From positions 25,318,534 to 25,382,533 of the forward strand of contig CM120644.1 of the NCBI GenBank assembly GCA_051362555.1: a stretch of DNA of 64,000 nucleotides, given 5' to 3'. Below are positions 37,501 to 47,090 of the stretch, piece by piece. The first letter of the stretch is position 1, and every line of letters starts with the position of its first letter. Position numbers and translations under genes: made by a program. The DNA is from Lingula anatina. Taxonomy: Eukaryota > Animalia > Brachiopoda. The notes below the pieces were generated by a model. It saw nothing but the letters and a program-made list of their open reading frames with translations, was not told the origin of the DNA and made no database searches.

Positions 37501-40500
37501 AGGGAAATCTTGCAAAAACTTTAGATTCAAGGTACTGAGGGAAAGCTTGCAAAAACTTTAGATTCAAGGTACTGAGGGAAATCTTGCAAAAACTTTAGAT
37601 TCAAGGTACTGAGGGAAATCTTGCAGAAACTTTAGATTCAAGGTACTGAGGGAAATCTTACAGAAACTTTAGATTCAAGGTACTGAGGGAAATCTTGCAG
37701 AAACTTTAGATTCAAGGTACTGAGGGAAATCTTGCAGAAACTTTAGATTCAAGGTACTGATGGAAATCTTGCAGAAACTTTAGATTCAAGGTACTGAGGG
37801 AAATCTTACAGAAACTTTAGATTCAAGGTACTGATGGAAATCTTGCAGAAACTTTAGATTCAAGGTACTGAGGGAAATCTTGCAAAAACTTTAGATTCAA
37901 GGTACTGATGGAAATCTTGCAGAAACTTTAGATTCAAGGTACTGAGGGAAATCTTACAGAAACTTTAGATTCAAGGTACTGAGGGAAATCTTGCAGAAAC
38001 TTTAGATTCAAGGTACTGATGGAAATCTTGCAGAAACTTTAGATTCAAGGTACTGATGGAAATCTTGCAGAAACTTTAGATTCAAGGTACTGAGGGAAAT
38101 CTTGCAGAAACTTTAGATTCAAGGTACTGATGGAAATCTTGCAGAAACTTTAGATTCAAGGTACTGAGGGAAATCTTACAGAAACTTAAGATTCAAGGTA
38201 CTGATGGAAATCTTACAGAAACTTTAGATTCAAGGTACTGATGGAAATCTTGCAGAAACTTTAGATTCAAGGTACTGAGGGAAATCTTGCAGAAACTTTA
38301 GATTCAAGGTACTGAAGGAAATCTTGCAGAAACTTAAGATTCAAGGTACTGAGGGAAATCTTGCAGAAACTTTAGATTCAAGGTACTGAAGGAAATCTTG
38401 CAGAAACTTTAGATTCAAGGTACTGAGGGAAATCTTGCAGAAACTTTAGATTCAAGGTACTGAGGGAAATCTTACAAAAACTTTAGATTCAAGGTACTGA
38501 GGGAAATCTTGCAGAAACTTTAGATTCAAGGTACTGAGGGAAATCTTACAAAAACTTTAGATTCAAGGTACTGAGGGAAATCTTGCAGAAACTTTAGATT
38601 CAAGGTACTGATGGAAATCTTGCAGAAACTTTAGATTCAAGGTACTGATGGAAATCTTGCAGAAACTTTAGATTCAAGGTACTGAGGGAAATCTTGCAGA
38701 AACTTTAGATTCAAGGTACTGAGGGAAATCTTACAGAAACTTAAGATTCAAGGTACTGATGGAAATCTTACAGAAACTTTAGATTCAAGGTACTGATGGA
38801 AATCTTGCAGAAACTTTAGATTCAAGGTACTGAGGGAAATCTTGCAGAAACTTTAGATTCAAGGTACTGAAGGAAATCTTGCAGAAACTTAAGATTCAAG
38901 GTACTGAGGGAAATCTTGCAGAAACTTTAGATTCAAGGTACTGAAGGAAATCTTGCAGAAACTTTAGATTCAAGGTACTGAGGGAAATCTTGCAGAAACT
39001 TTAGATTCAAGGTACTGAGGGAAATCTTACAAAAACTTTAGATTCAAGGTACTGAGGGAAATCTTGCAGAAACTTTAGATTCAAGGTACTGAGGGAAATC
39101 TTACAAAAACTTTAGATTCAAGGTACTGAGGGAAATCTTGCAGAAACTTTAGATTCAAGGTACTGAGGGAAATCTTGCAGAAACTTTAGATTCAAGGTAC
39201 TGAGGGAAATCTTGCAGAAACTTTAGATTCAAGGTACTGAGGGAAATCTTGCAGAAACTTTAGATTCAAGGTACTGAGGGAAATCTTGCAGAAACTTTAG
39301 ATTCAAGGTACTGAGGGAAATCTTGCAGAAACTTTAGATTCAAGGTACTGAGGGAAATCTTGCAGAAACTTTAGATTCAAGGTACTGAGGGAAATCTTGC
39401 AGAAACTTTAGATTCAAGGTACTGAGGGAAATCTTGCAGAAACTTTAGATTCAAGGTACTGAGGGAAATCTTGAAAAAACTTTAGATTCAAGGTACTGAG
39501 GGAAATCTTGCAGAAACTTTAGATTCAAGGTACTGAGGGAAATCTTGCAGAAACTTTAGATTCAAGGTACTGAGGGAAATCTTGCAAAAACTTTAGATTC
39601 AAGATACTGAGGGAAATCTTGCAGAAACTTTAGATTCAAGGTACTGAGGGAAATCTTGCAGAAACTTTAGATTCAAGGTACTGAGGGAAATCTTACAAAA
39701 ACTTTAGATTCAAGGTACTGAGGGAAATCTTGCAGAAACTTTAGATTCAAGGTACTGAGGGAAATCTTGCAGAAACTTTAGATTCAAGGTACTGAGGGAA
39801 ATCTTACAGAAACTTTAGATTCAAGGTACTGAGGGAAATCTTACAGAAACTTTAGATTCAAGGTACTGATGGAAATTCATCAAGAATTTCATATTTTTAC
39901 CAGTTGCATTCAGGTCTAGTTTTAAAACACTTTTTGAAAGAACAATAATTCAGTCATAAAATAACAACTCTGCTGTCTGCTATACACACAAAAATGACAT
40001 GTTATTTTCCCCACCCTCAGATCAGTGATGCTGACTCCATGTGGGAGTACCTAGAGGAGACATTTGTACCTTCCCTGTTCACTTCTACCTGGTACAATGG
40101 TGACAGTGTGACAGAGAGTGACATCCTGACAGCTGACATGGTGTCACTCCACGTGGGGGCAGCCAGACTCAGACAGCTGAGAGTTAAAGGTAATTAAGAC
40201 TGTCACACACCTGGTACAATGGTGACAGGTGACATCCTGACAGGTGACATGGTGTCCAGTTAAAGATAAGGATATCACTGTCTCTACACAGGGTTTAAAT
40301 GTCTCGATATGGATACTGTTGGCCTCTCTCTCTCTCTCTCTCTCATTTGCAGAAGGCAATATATCTTATATTTCAGATGTCTGTGATGTGCCTCCCACCT
40401 TCCAGTCCCTGATCCACTCCTGTACAGTGAGATATGATTGTATCATATATCTTATATTTCAGATGACTGTGATGTGCCTCCCACCTTCCAGTCCCTGATC

Positions 40501-43411
40501 CACTCCTGTACAGTGAGCTATGAATGGGGCACTGATGACAGCAGGGACTATAACACCTCTTGGACACCGCTGGTCAACACAACTGACCACCCCACTGACC
40601 AGTGGACATACCAGTCTGCTTTCAAGCTGAGGTCACTTCCATTTGCTGGAAAACATGGCACTTACAATGGTAAACTATTTCTCAATGTTACTAGCCATTG
40701 CATTTAACTGCTTAATGCAAACTGCTACCTTGAATTTAACAAATATAGATGTTAATTTATTTTCATTATTTATTTTTGTTCATGTAATTTGATAATGTTC
40801 TTTCTATACATGCATTGCTTTCATAATCTTAACCTGTGAAGATATTAACTATTTAACAATCTCACTCACGATTGCATTTCAATGAAATGGTCCTTGTTGC
40901 GAAAAAAAAAAAAAAATCCACAACTTTGCTGATTTTGTTGACTATCAAAACAATTTTGTTTAGAAAAAAAGCCAATAAAATAAAATTGTACGTTGTTAAA
41001 ATGTTTTAGAGGAGTTGGAATCATTATATTATCAATTATATCTATATCTACAACTTGGGAGGAAACGGTTTTTTGATTTATGTAAGAAAAAAATTCTAGT
41101 AGATAAAAGCCTGTCTCTAGTATTATATGATATTTTAGGTGGAGGATATGTGAAACTTCTTGGTGACACCAGAGATAAAAGCCTGTCTCTAGTATTATAT
41201 GATATTTCAGGTGGGGGATATGTGAAACTTCTTGGTGACACCAGAGATAAAAGCCTGTCTCTAGTATTATATGATATTTCAGGTGGAGGATATGTGAAAC
41301 TCCTTGGTGACACCAGAGATAAAAGCCTGTCTCTACTATTATATGATATTTCAGGTGGAGGATATGTGAAACTCCTTGGTGACACCAGAGATAAAAGCCT
41401 TGCCATACTCGCAGACCTGCAGGAGTCCAAGTGGATAGACCAGAGGACGCGTGCCATGTTTCTGGAGTTCACCCTGTACAATCCCCAGGTGAACCTGTTC
41501 AGTGTGGGACAGTTCCTGCTGGAGTTCCACCCCACTGGGGCTGTGTTCCCTTTCTATCAGATCTTTACTTGTAAATTTTACCAATATGGGTAAGTTATTA
41601 CTGGAGCCATGTTTCCTTTCTATCAAATCTTTACTTGTACATTTTACCAATATGAGTAGGTTACCACTGGGGCTGTGTTCCCTTTCTATCAAATCTTTAC
41701 TTGTAAATTTTACGAATATGAGTAAGTTATTACTGGGGCTGTGTTCCCTTTCTATCAAATCTTTACTTGTACATTTTACCAATATGAGTAGGTTACCACT
41801 GGGGCTGTGTTCCCTTTCTATCAAATCTTTACTTGTAAATTTTACCAATATGGGTAAGTTATTACTGGGGTTGTGTTCCCTTTCTAACGATCTTTACCTG
41901 TAAATTTTACCAATATGGGTAAGTTATTACTGGGGCTGTGTTCCCTTTCTATCAAATCTTTACTTGTAAATTTTACCAATATGAGTAAGTTATTACTGGG
42001 GCTGTGTTCCCTTTCTATCAAATCTTTACTTGTAAATTTTACCAATATGGGTAAGTTATTACTGGGGCTGTGTTCCCTTTCTATCAAATCTTTACTTGTA
42101 AATTTTACCAATATGAGTAAGTTATTACTGGGGCTGTGTTCCCTTTCTATCAAATCTTTACTTGTAAATTTTACCAATATGGGTAAGTTATTACTGAGGC
42201 TGTGTTCCCTTTCTATCGATCTTTACCTGTAAATTTTACCAATATGGGTAAGTTATTACTGGGGTTGTGTTCCCTTTCTATCAGATCTTTACATGTAAAA
42301 TAACCAATATAATAATTTGACTTTGATGTAGCAAAGGCAAAACTATTGGTTTTACATAAATACGGATTAGTGTAGTTTGGTTATTTTAAACTCTTTCCCC
42401 AAAATTTCATGATGTCTTGCCAGAAGAAAGGCGTTAACTCTGGCCTCTGTTATTGTGCCTCAGAATCTTTTTTTTTTTTTTTTTACTGAATTGCATGTAT
42501 GAGATGTTTTTAAATATATTGTTGTTGAATATTTTTGGTAAAGTCCTCATAATACATATTCGTTTATTTTTTATTTCAGGAATGGTTTGGAAATTTTTGT
42601 CGCAGTTTGTGAAGTTATGTTTATCCTGTTTATTCTGACCTCCACATACAGAGAGTTCAGTAAATTCAGAAACACTGGTTCTAAGGAATACTTCTCAGAT
42701 CCCTGGAGTTATGTAGAGGTGGCAATTCTCTGCCTGGGATACTCAGCTATTGGTCTGTTTTTTCAACGTTTAGTCACAGTAAACTTCACCATTGCCAGTT
42801 TCCATGAACATGGCAGAGAAGAATTTGTGAACTTTTTTCCAGCAGCATTCTGGGACTACATCCTGGGCTACACCTTGGCTGCTATGCTGGTGCTGACAGT
42901 GCTCAAGGTTTTCAAACTGCTACGGTTTAATGTCAGCATGAACATGTTGTCTGCCACTTTGAAGAAATCTTGGAAGCCTACACTACATTTTTATCTAGTT
43001 CTAGTTGTCCTAATGATGGCCTATTCCTTCTTTGGGCAATGTGCTTTTGGTCACTACATCGAACACTTCAAGTCCTTATTGGACTCCTTACAGACTTTGT
43101 TCACTCTGATCATGGGAGGATTTGAGTTTGCAATTCTGGGAGACTCAAACCGTGTCATTGGTATCATGTTTCTGATCACCTTTGCCATGATAGTCCAGGT
43201 GTCGCTGATCAATATTTTCATTGCCATTATAAACGAATCATTCAGATGTGTTCAGAAGACCACCAATGAGACGTCCAATGAGCTGGAGATGGTGGACTTT
43301 ATGTGGACGAGATTACTGGTGATTCTTGGTCTCCACACAGGGGCCGGGGTCACCATTCCTTCCACTATTGACCCAAAGATACTGCAACAACTGGACAGGA
43401 AGCAAAATTAG
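2803..43411 (+). CDS. Polycystin-1 family (PKD1L2/PKDREJ-like) multi-exon gene, 5' end outside window
   Basis: 29 GT-AG exons joined in consistent phase: 2803-2970, 5377-5556, 5823-5949, 6516-6742, 7125-7340, 7670-7815, 12863-12983, 20029-20111, 20484-20609, 25005-25096, 25905-26010, 26637-26756, 27224-27406, 27586-27736, 28102-28292, 28504-28672, 28909-29015, 29456-29686, 29957-30077, 30231-30733, 32953-34641, 34876-34922, 35602-35776, 36166-36247, 36783-37087, 40021-40189, 40463-40669, 41355-41589, 42580-43411. Family motifs: GPS (CLFWDE..WSSEGC..C.CHHMT.F), PLAT (YLITVITG..GAGTTANV, WHDNSG..PAWFL), FTRTQRLTC, LPWWC, RLRQLRV, WIDQRTRA.F.EFTLYNP.VNLF. The exact paralog cannot be assigned by eye. 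Confidence 0.92.
3045..3512 (-). mobile_element. 3' fragment of a non-LTR retrotransposon (LINE)
   Basis: Minus-strand CKLCDSNKVEDEFHLLLECKAY matches the C..C....EDE.H....C..Y C-terminal zinc-knuckle of LINE ORF2; followed by an AATAAA-containing tail near 3050. Confidence 0.75.
3975..4957. mobile_element. Non-autonomous DNA transposon, PIF/Harbinger-like
   Basis: ~34-bp TIR GGCC(A/C)CACTTTTT(T)ATTTTTATGGATGACATCCT at both ends; TAA on both flanks. Confidence 0.8.
4269..4307. repeat. (TA)n microsatellite
   Basis: Direct reading. Confidence 0.95.
5318..5372. repeat. (TA)n microsatellite abutting a splice acceptor
   Basis: Direct reading; ends 2 nt before CAG at 5374-5376. Confidence 0.95.
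5377..5556 (+). CDS. PKD1-like exon: thrombospondin type-1 repeat
   Basis: GGSWLAWGAWGDCSALCGTGTTSRNRTC..C....TQTATC....CP shows WxxWxxW, CSxxCG and RxRxC; phase 1-1. Confidence 0.88.
5823..5949 (+). CDS. PKD1-like exon: short EGF-like cysteine module
   Basis: tttcag acceptor; CSTMNCLGLCIVRDLHSYCVCP; phase 1-2 fits both neighbours. Confidence 0.7.
6360..6561 (+). repeat. Acceptor-spanning tandem repeat, 74 bp x3
   Basis: TCTCTAG|GT ending at 6367, 6441, 6515. Confidence 0.9.
6516..7815 (+). CDS. PKD1-like exons 6516-6742, 7125-7340, 7670-7815: REJ-like region
   Basis: CTGQC..VSLEAVCYHC..YLW; PSPGICTVSPSTGFEIVTNFSVNCSGF..LHYNY; VRVHVVNEDG..TVQ are REJ-module-like motifs; phases consistent. 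Confidence 0.85.
6867..7165 (+). repeat. Acceptor-spanning tandem repeat, 56 bp x5
   Basis: CTGTAG|GTACAAG with AG ending at 6900, 6956, 7012, 7068, 7124. Confidence 0.92.
7935..10702. mobile_element. Non-autonomous DNA transposon, CACTA/EnSpm-like
   Basis: ~60-bp TIR CCCAGACAGCCTCAGT.ATCTGGCCCACGTCTGGCCCAGATCTGGCAACGTCTGGCAAT; TCTGGC-rich subterminal repeats; 2-bp TSD GT deduced against the 87-bp unit. Confidence 0.82.
8935..10390 (-). mobile_element. Internally deleted Gypsy (Mag-like) LTR retrotransposon
   Basis: Diverged direct repeats 8935-9149 and 10165-10390; PBS TGGCGACGAGGAT (10151-10163, complementary to the tRNA-Ser(GCU) 3' end); PPT AAAGGAAGGGA (9150-9160); broken gag (RWLDSFKLFADGKGL, VQDIFRTL, HFAKVC) and protease (VLPDSGAYCNIID). 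Confidence 0.85.
10821..11716. mobile_element. Non-autonomous TIR element (hAT-like CAG termini, 6-bp TSD)
   Basis: TIR CAGGCATGAGATTT / AAATCTCATGCCTG; GGTATG on both flanks, inside an 87-bp unit. Confidence 0.85.
12800..12845. repeat. (ATATC)n microsatellite
   Basis: Direct reading. Confidence 0.85.
12863..28672 (+). CDS. PKD1-like exons 7-16: GAIN-domain region
   Basis: Ten phase-consistent exons including IRSDMMEAV..AQQAAETLAKLT, VPGEEP.VL.T, NPFTW, and LQVYL....RPS. Confidence 0.8.
13879..16548 (+). mobile_element. Second copy of the same HINE-like family nested in the first
   Basis: Same 5' head and 3' end; flanks rejoin to the host unit GGTCATTTTT^AGTGAATTTAGGC. Confidence 0.7.
15610..16296. 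mobile_element. PIF/Harbinger MITE with transposase N-terminal remnant
   Basis: TIR GGGCCGGTTTCACAAAGCAGTAGTTAGTTAG; TSD CAG; empty site TACAG^GACTAAAATG in the paralogous copy at ~19568; minus-strand RRFHERQNLLEYTHDDAVYERLRL resembles Harbinger transposase N-termini. Confidence 0.88.
20699..24547. mobile_element. Kolobok-like DNA transposon (TTAA target, purine-start termini), decayed
   Basis: TTAA at 20695-20698 and 24548-24551; imperfect ~65-bp TIR G.G.G.GTCCATGA..CAGTCAGA.GG.GGCAAGGTGGGGGTCA.CAGATTT. Confidence 0.72.
21314..21483. mobile_element. 170-bp MITE (hAT-like)
   Basis: TIR CAGGGGCGGAT(TT/CC)AG; AAACCA on both flanks. Confidence 0.82.
26120..26402. repeat. Intronic 21-bp minisatellite (CAACCATCCAGATCAAACAAA-like), ~13 copies
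   Basis: Direct reading. Confidence 0.88.
28909..29686 (+). CDS. PKD1-like exons 28909-29015 and 29456-29686: GPS motif and TM1
   Basis: SACLFWDEQKEIWSSEGCK|VSPLST..LHCVCHHMTVFSG..NPLVVSIVLCVWGIYLAVVIWARKKDRED. Confidence 0.92.
29170..29466 (+). repeat. Acceptor-spanning tandem repeat, ~80 bp x4
   Basis: TTCTCACCTAACACATTTCC.ACTTTCTGT.TCCA(A/G)GT at ~29214, 29295, 29375, 29455. Confidence 0.82.
29957..30733 (+). CDS. PKD1-like exons 29957-30077 and 30231-30733: PLAT/LH2 domain and TM2
   Basis: LEDNDP..YGYLITVITGWRTGAGTTANV; FESGGVDSFLL..LGDL..IWHDNSG..WFL; FLCNRWLA; HLWVSVF..FTRTQRLTC. Confidence 0.93.
31062..31229. mobile_element. 168-bp MITE (hAT-like, 5-bp TSD)
   Basis: TIR CAGGCC(T/C)GTAGCCAG; TTCTA on both flanks. 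Confidence 0.82.
31575..32308. mobile_element. PIF/Harbinger-like MITE
   Basis: TIR GCCCCCGTTTCACAAA; TSD CTG; subterminal GTTTCACAAAGAATCT repeats. Confidence 0.82.
32953..34641 (+). CDS. PKD1-like large exon: TM3 plus cytoplasmic loop with 24 x 16-aa repeats
   Basis: ccag|GTG, IIIGIESGLLMFPVNLLIVLLFR, then an open frame through the repeat to CTG|gtatgt; 1689 nt, phase 0-0. Confidence 0.75.
33061..34224 (+). repeat. Coding 48-bp minisatellite x24 (PRPVRISSEDLTPTMS)
   Basis: In frame within exon 32953-34641; no indels or stops. Confidence 0.92.
34876..37087 (+). CDS. PKD1-like exons 34876-34922, 35602-35776, 36166-36247, 36783-37087: TM4-TM6
   Basis: RLPWWCIYIAW..YFTALYGLRYG..SLQWVVAFF..QPIK|V; RMKERRMHQILVELVLYVTF..YGHRDPMAF. 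Confidence 0.88.
35165..35645 (+). repeat. Acceptor-spanning tandem repeat, 71 bp x6 plus one decayed copy
   Basis: TTTGTCTTCAG|ACTAC with AG ending at 35246, 35317, 35388, 35459, 35530, 35601. Confidence 0.93.
37225..39876. repeat. Intronic 37-bp satellite (CTTTAGATTCAAGGTACTGAGGGAAATCTTGCAGAAA), ~72 copies
   Basis: Direct reading. Confidence 0.95.
40021..43411 (+). CDS. PKD1-like exons 40021-40189, 40463-40669, 41355-41589, 42580-43411: TOP domain and polycystin channel, stop TAG
   Basis: GAARLRQLRV, GKHGTYNGGGYV, WIDQRTRAMFLEFTLYNPQVNLFS, KLLRFN, LINIFIAIINESF. Confidence 0.93.
40360..40517 (+). repeat. Acceptor-spanning duplication, 86 bp x2
   Basis: CTTATATTTCAG|ATG ending at 40376 and 40462. 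Confidence 0.9.
41100..41401 (+). repeat. Acceptor-spanning tandem repeat, 72 bp x4 (in frame)
   Basis: ATATTT(T/C)AG|GTGG ending at 41138, 41210, 41282, 41354. Confidence 0.92.
41534..42310 (+). repeat. Donor-spanning tandem repeat, ~66 bp x12
   Basis: ACTGGGGCTGTGTTCCCTTTCTATC..CCAATATG(G/A)|GTA(A/G)GTT; the first copy is the true donor at 41589. Confidence 0.92.
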
Positions 43412-43944
43412 AACGTTTCATCTGATATAGATTTTAAAATCAGACGATTTAAGTTTTTTTACTACAATATGTTTATAAAGACATTAAATGCTCCATCAAT
43501 GAAAACAAGGTGATACTATTTCAAAGCCAGTTTTTTATGTTAACCAATAATGTGGGACTGCGCAGGATTGGAACATGATGCCAATGTGTTAAATAGCAGA
43601 CTATGACAGATATGAATTAAGTAGCAGTTGTACATGCAATTATGACACTTTAATTGCCTCAAATAGGATGCTATTGCAAAATTGTGTAAATACATGTATA
43701 AATTTTAAAGGAAGTCCTACAGGTACTTTTAAAATACTGATACATGTATCTTAAACAATGTTTAAGAATTTTCCATTTGAAAACGTAAGAAAAGCAAAGC
43801 TTCATCTTGTACATAAAAGCATTTTAAAGTGTCAGATGTCATTTGGGGTCACAGGTCACCCAGGGTTCAGAGGTCACATTCTGTGTACACAGATAGCAAT
43901 TAGTTAAAGGGATAATAAGTCTTCGTATGAGATCTATATTTTAC

Positions 43945-43950
43945 AATAAA
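43945..43950 (+). promoter_or_regulatory. Candidate polyadenylation signal of the PKD1-like gene
   Basis: First AATAAA noticed, ~530 nt after the stop; untested. Confidence 0.3.
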
Positions 43951-44799
43951 AACATTGTGAGTAACTCATATAAATATAATATATTCTGTTTTACCACAAA
44001 AACGGCAGTTATAGCTATTATTCTGATATCTGAGCTTGTCTTTAGACCAAGTGACCTCCATTGATGGCTATACTCTGTTAAAATCTCTTAAGAGATCTTA
44101 ACAAAAAAAACCAAACTTTTTAGAAAAAAAAAACAGGGACTAACTTTGAATGTAAAAATGGATTCATTAACCATTGGTAAGTATGGGAAAATTGTTGTTT
44201 ACTCCAGGAAAATTCATTTATTGGCCGAAACAAAGAGTTATTATCCCTTTAAGATCTTAAAATATGTTCTCAGTGCAGTTAATGCTCAACTCTGGAAATA
44301 AATCATTTCTTATCAAACCAGCATTATCAGCTTTTAATAAAGGTTGTTATTCTAGATTGTTCTGCTATTTTGTTGACATTTGTCGACATTTCTAATCAAA
44401 CCAGCATTATCAGTTTTCAATAAAGGTTATTATTATGCTAGATTGTTTTGCAATTTTGTCGACATTTGTCCCATAACTGCTAAACCATATTTTTGTTTCA
44501 CTTTAAATAAACTGAGTGGCTTTTTTTTTTTTTTTTTTTTTGGTAAAGAGGCAGGTTGCTTTCAAAAATTGGTATGATCGTTTAATATTTATGGCAACTT
44601 TTTTTTTTTTTTACTATATATATTTTTTCACACATTTGGACTTTCAGTGGCTTTTATATCCCGTGGAATTGGATCACTTGCTAGTTTTTCAATGTCCAGG
44701 TTACCTGTAGTATGTAATGTAAGTGGGCAAGAGTTACAGTACATCAAAATTGACCAAAACATTATTTGGTGCACTTTTTTCTGGGTAATATCTGAACAC

Positions 44800-45268
44800 T
44801 TGTCAGCTTTACTTTCTGTAGTGTGTCTGTATATTTGCCAGCTTTGCTTTCTGTATGGTGTCTGTATATTTGTCAGCTTTGCTTTCTGTATGGTGTCTGT
44901 ATATTTGTCAGCTTTGCTTTCGGCATGGTGTCTGTATATTTGTCAGCTTTGCTTTCTGCATGGTGTCTGTATATTTGTCAGCTTTGCTTTCTGTATGGTG
45001 TCTGTATATTTGTCAGCTTTGCTTTCTGTATGGTGTCTGTATATTTGCCAGTTTTGCTTTCTGTATGGTGTCTGTACATTTGTCAGCTTTGCTTTCTGCA
45101 TGGTGTCTGTATATTTGTCAGCTTTGCTTTCTGTATGGTGTCTGTATATTTGCCAGTTTTGCTTTCTGTATGGTGTCTGTACATTTGTCAGCTTTGCTTT
45201 CTGTATGGTGTCTGTACATTTGTCAGCTTTGCTTTCTGTATGGTGTCTGTATATTTGCCAGCTTTGCT
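44800..45268. repeat. 35-bp minisatellite (TTTGTCAGCTTTGCTTTCTGTATGGTGTCTGTATA), ~13 copies, between the convergent 3' ends
   Basis: Direct reading. Confidence 0.92.
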
Positions 45269-46907
45269 GGGGGGGGGGGGGAACACCCCTTTCTGCTGGG
45301 TAAAGGATCCGCTCTGGGTAAATTTTATCTAGGCAAACTAAGGCTTCATGACAAAAGAACCACCCTTTTACAATTACTGGCCTATGTACATAAGCACAAA
45401 CCAGCACAACTTTTAATATTTGCGTCTTTATTTCCCCATGACATTTTGAACATTGTGTCATTTTAGGGTCTTATCTTGTGTACTTTTAAAAATTGTATTA
45501 CAGAAAGTTTTTTTTCTTCTTTAAATTAAGACATGATTATTGAACTTTGCATTTTAACTAAGGGTAAATATACAGTCTTATACAGGCTTTGGGAAACTAG
45601 TTCTCTAAATAAAATCATGAAAATGCTTCTATGAACCGTTCTATAATTTATTACACTGCAGTTTACAAAAGCTCAACAGTGGCGTGATCAGCAGGCTGTA
45701 TGACATGCTACTCATTTCCTTCACTTTCAGTATGTATGACATGGGCAACCAGTGACCAGAATGAAGCCGATTCTGTACATAATATAGAATTGTTTAAAAT
45801 TCAATGAAAATACAAATGAGTCTTCCTTATTTATGTCAAATTTCACCACTGAAATAAATCAATAAGCGCAAAGATGAACAACTGGACTGTAAGCCAATGT
45901 GCCCAGGCAAGGGAAGCCAGTACTCAAATTCTGGTTAGCTTTTGATAAAAAACCCAAGTTCCAGCTGAGACTCTTCTGTTTGTGTAGCCATCAAAAAAGT
46001 TTGTCTCAGCTTTGACACACGGCTGTTGACACACGGCTGTTGACATACGTACAGTGATCAGAGACAGCAGGGAGCTGGGAGAATTTCTTTCTATCATCTG
46101 GAATTCTGAGGCTTTCTTAACTAATTACTGTCCATGTGTTTTTTATTGATATAGCCACTGTCACTGGGGACTTGTCTGGAGCCCACTTCTTTCCCCTTGG
46201 GACTTTTTGTATCTTAAAACAGTGTCATTTTTTCCATGAATCCAGTCTGCAGCTACTGCCCTCTGGTGAGAGGTGCTCACACTGCCCTCTGGTGAGAGGT
46301 TCTTACAATTCACTTCCATTCTAAAATACTTCAATGCACGAAGTCCACTTTTACAGAGAAGAGTGGAATTTCATAGTCCATTGTTTTCTTACATGTGGAC
46401 ATCTACCATTCTGAGCCTTGTTTTATGTTCAACCCTTCGTTGTTGACAGTGTTATTCTGTGCTATCTACAGAAGCCAATGGAGGATCTGCACTCAGTTAC
46501 AACGTGTTCATTTAAACATTTGTCCCATGGACGGTCTGCGTCTGCCAACACAGAGGATCAAAGCACAGACACAATGTGGTCACTTCCGCAGACAGTAGCT
46601 GTGTTCCAGGTAATCATCAACATCGTCATCTCCACTGCAGTAGACTGTCAACATCATTAATTAGGTGACTCCACAATTAGGCTTCCATACCCTATGGTCC
46701 TCCATGGTACCGGCAAACTCACTGATGTGCTCCAATAAGAAATGTGTGGGCGCCCAGAGCAGAAATCTATTTGCCACTTCTTTGTGATCGACTTTCGGTA
46801 TTTTGCCATAGAGCTCCGTGTTTGGCACCTTGTCCAGCCCAAATGATGAATATAAATTGTAATACTGATGAGGTAAGCAACCTTCATGTCCAAACCTTCT
46901 TCATGTC

Positions 46908-47090
46908 TCAGTCCACTTTCTCCAAGACAGACGGGAAATGGACAATCCTCAGCTCATTGCCATAGTCACTGATGATAACAGAGTTGCCAACGGTGACCAG
47001 ATTTCTAACAAAGACTGAGTTGTCCCAGTTTCCAAGTCTGACTGTGCGCAAGTGCTGTCCCTTGGAGAGATCCCACAGTACAATACAACC
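46908..47090 (-). CDS. SCAP: SCAP terminal coding exon
   Basis: tttccag|[20 protein letters not shown]...[22 protein letters not shown]. Confidence 0.92.
   Translation of the reverse strand, partial: GCIVLWDLSKGQHLRTVRLGNWDNSVFVRNLVTVGNSVIISDYGNELRIVHFPSVLEKVD

Noticed and set aside
44305-44470. Two-copy ~85-bp local duplication
   Set aside because: Ordinary short duplication with no associated exon or element.
44647-45466. Several 170-218 aa hydrophobic ORFs between the genes
   Set aside because: All derive from the 35-bp minisatellite.
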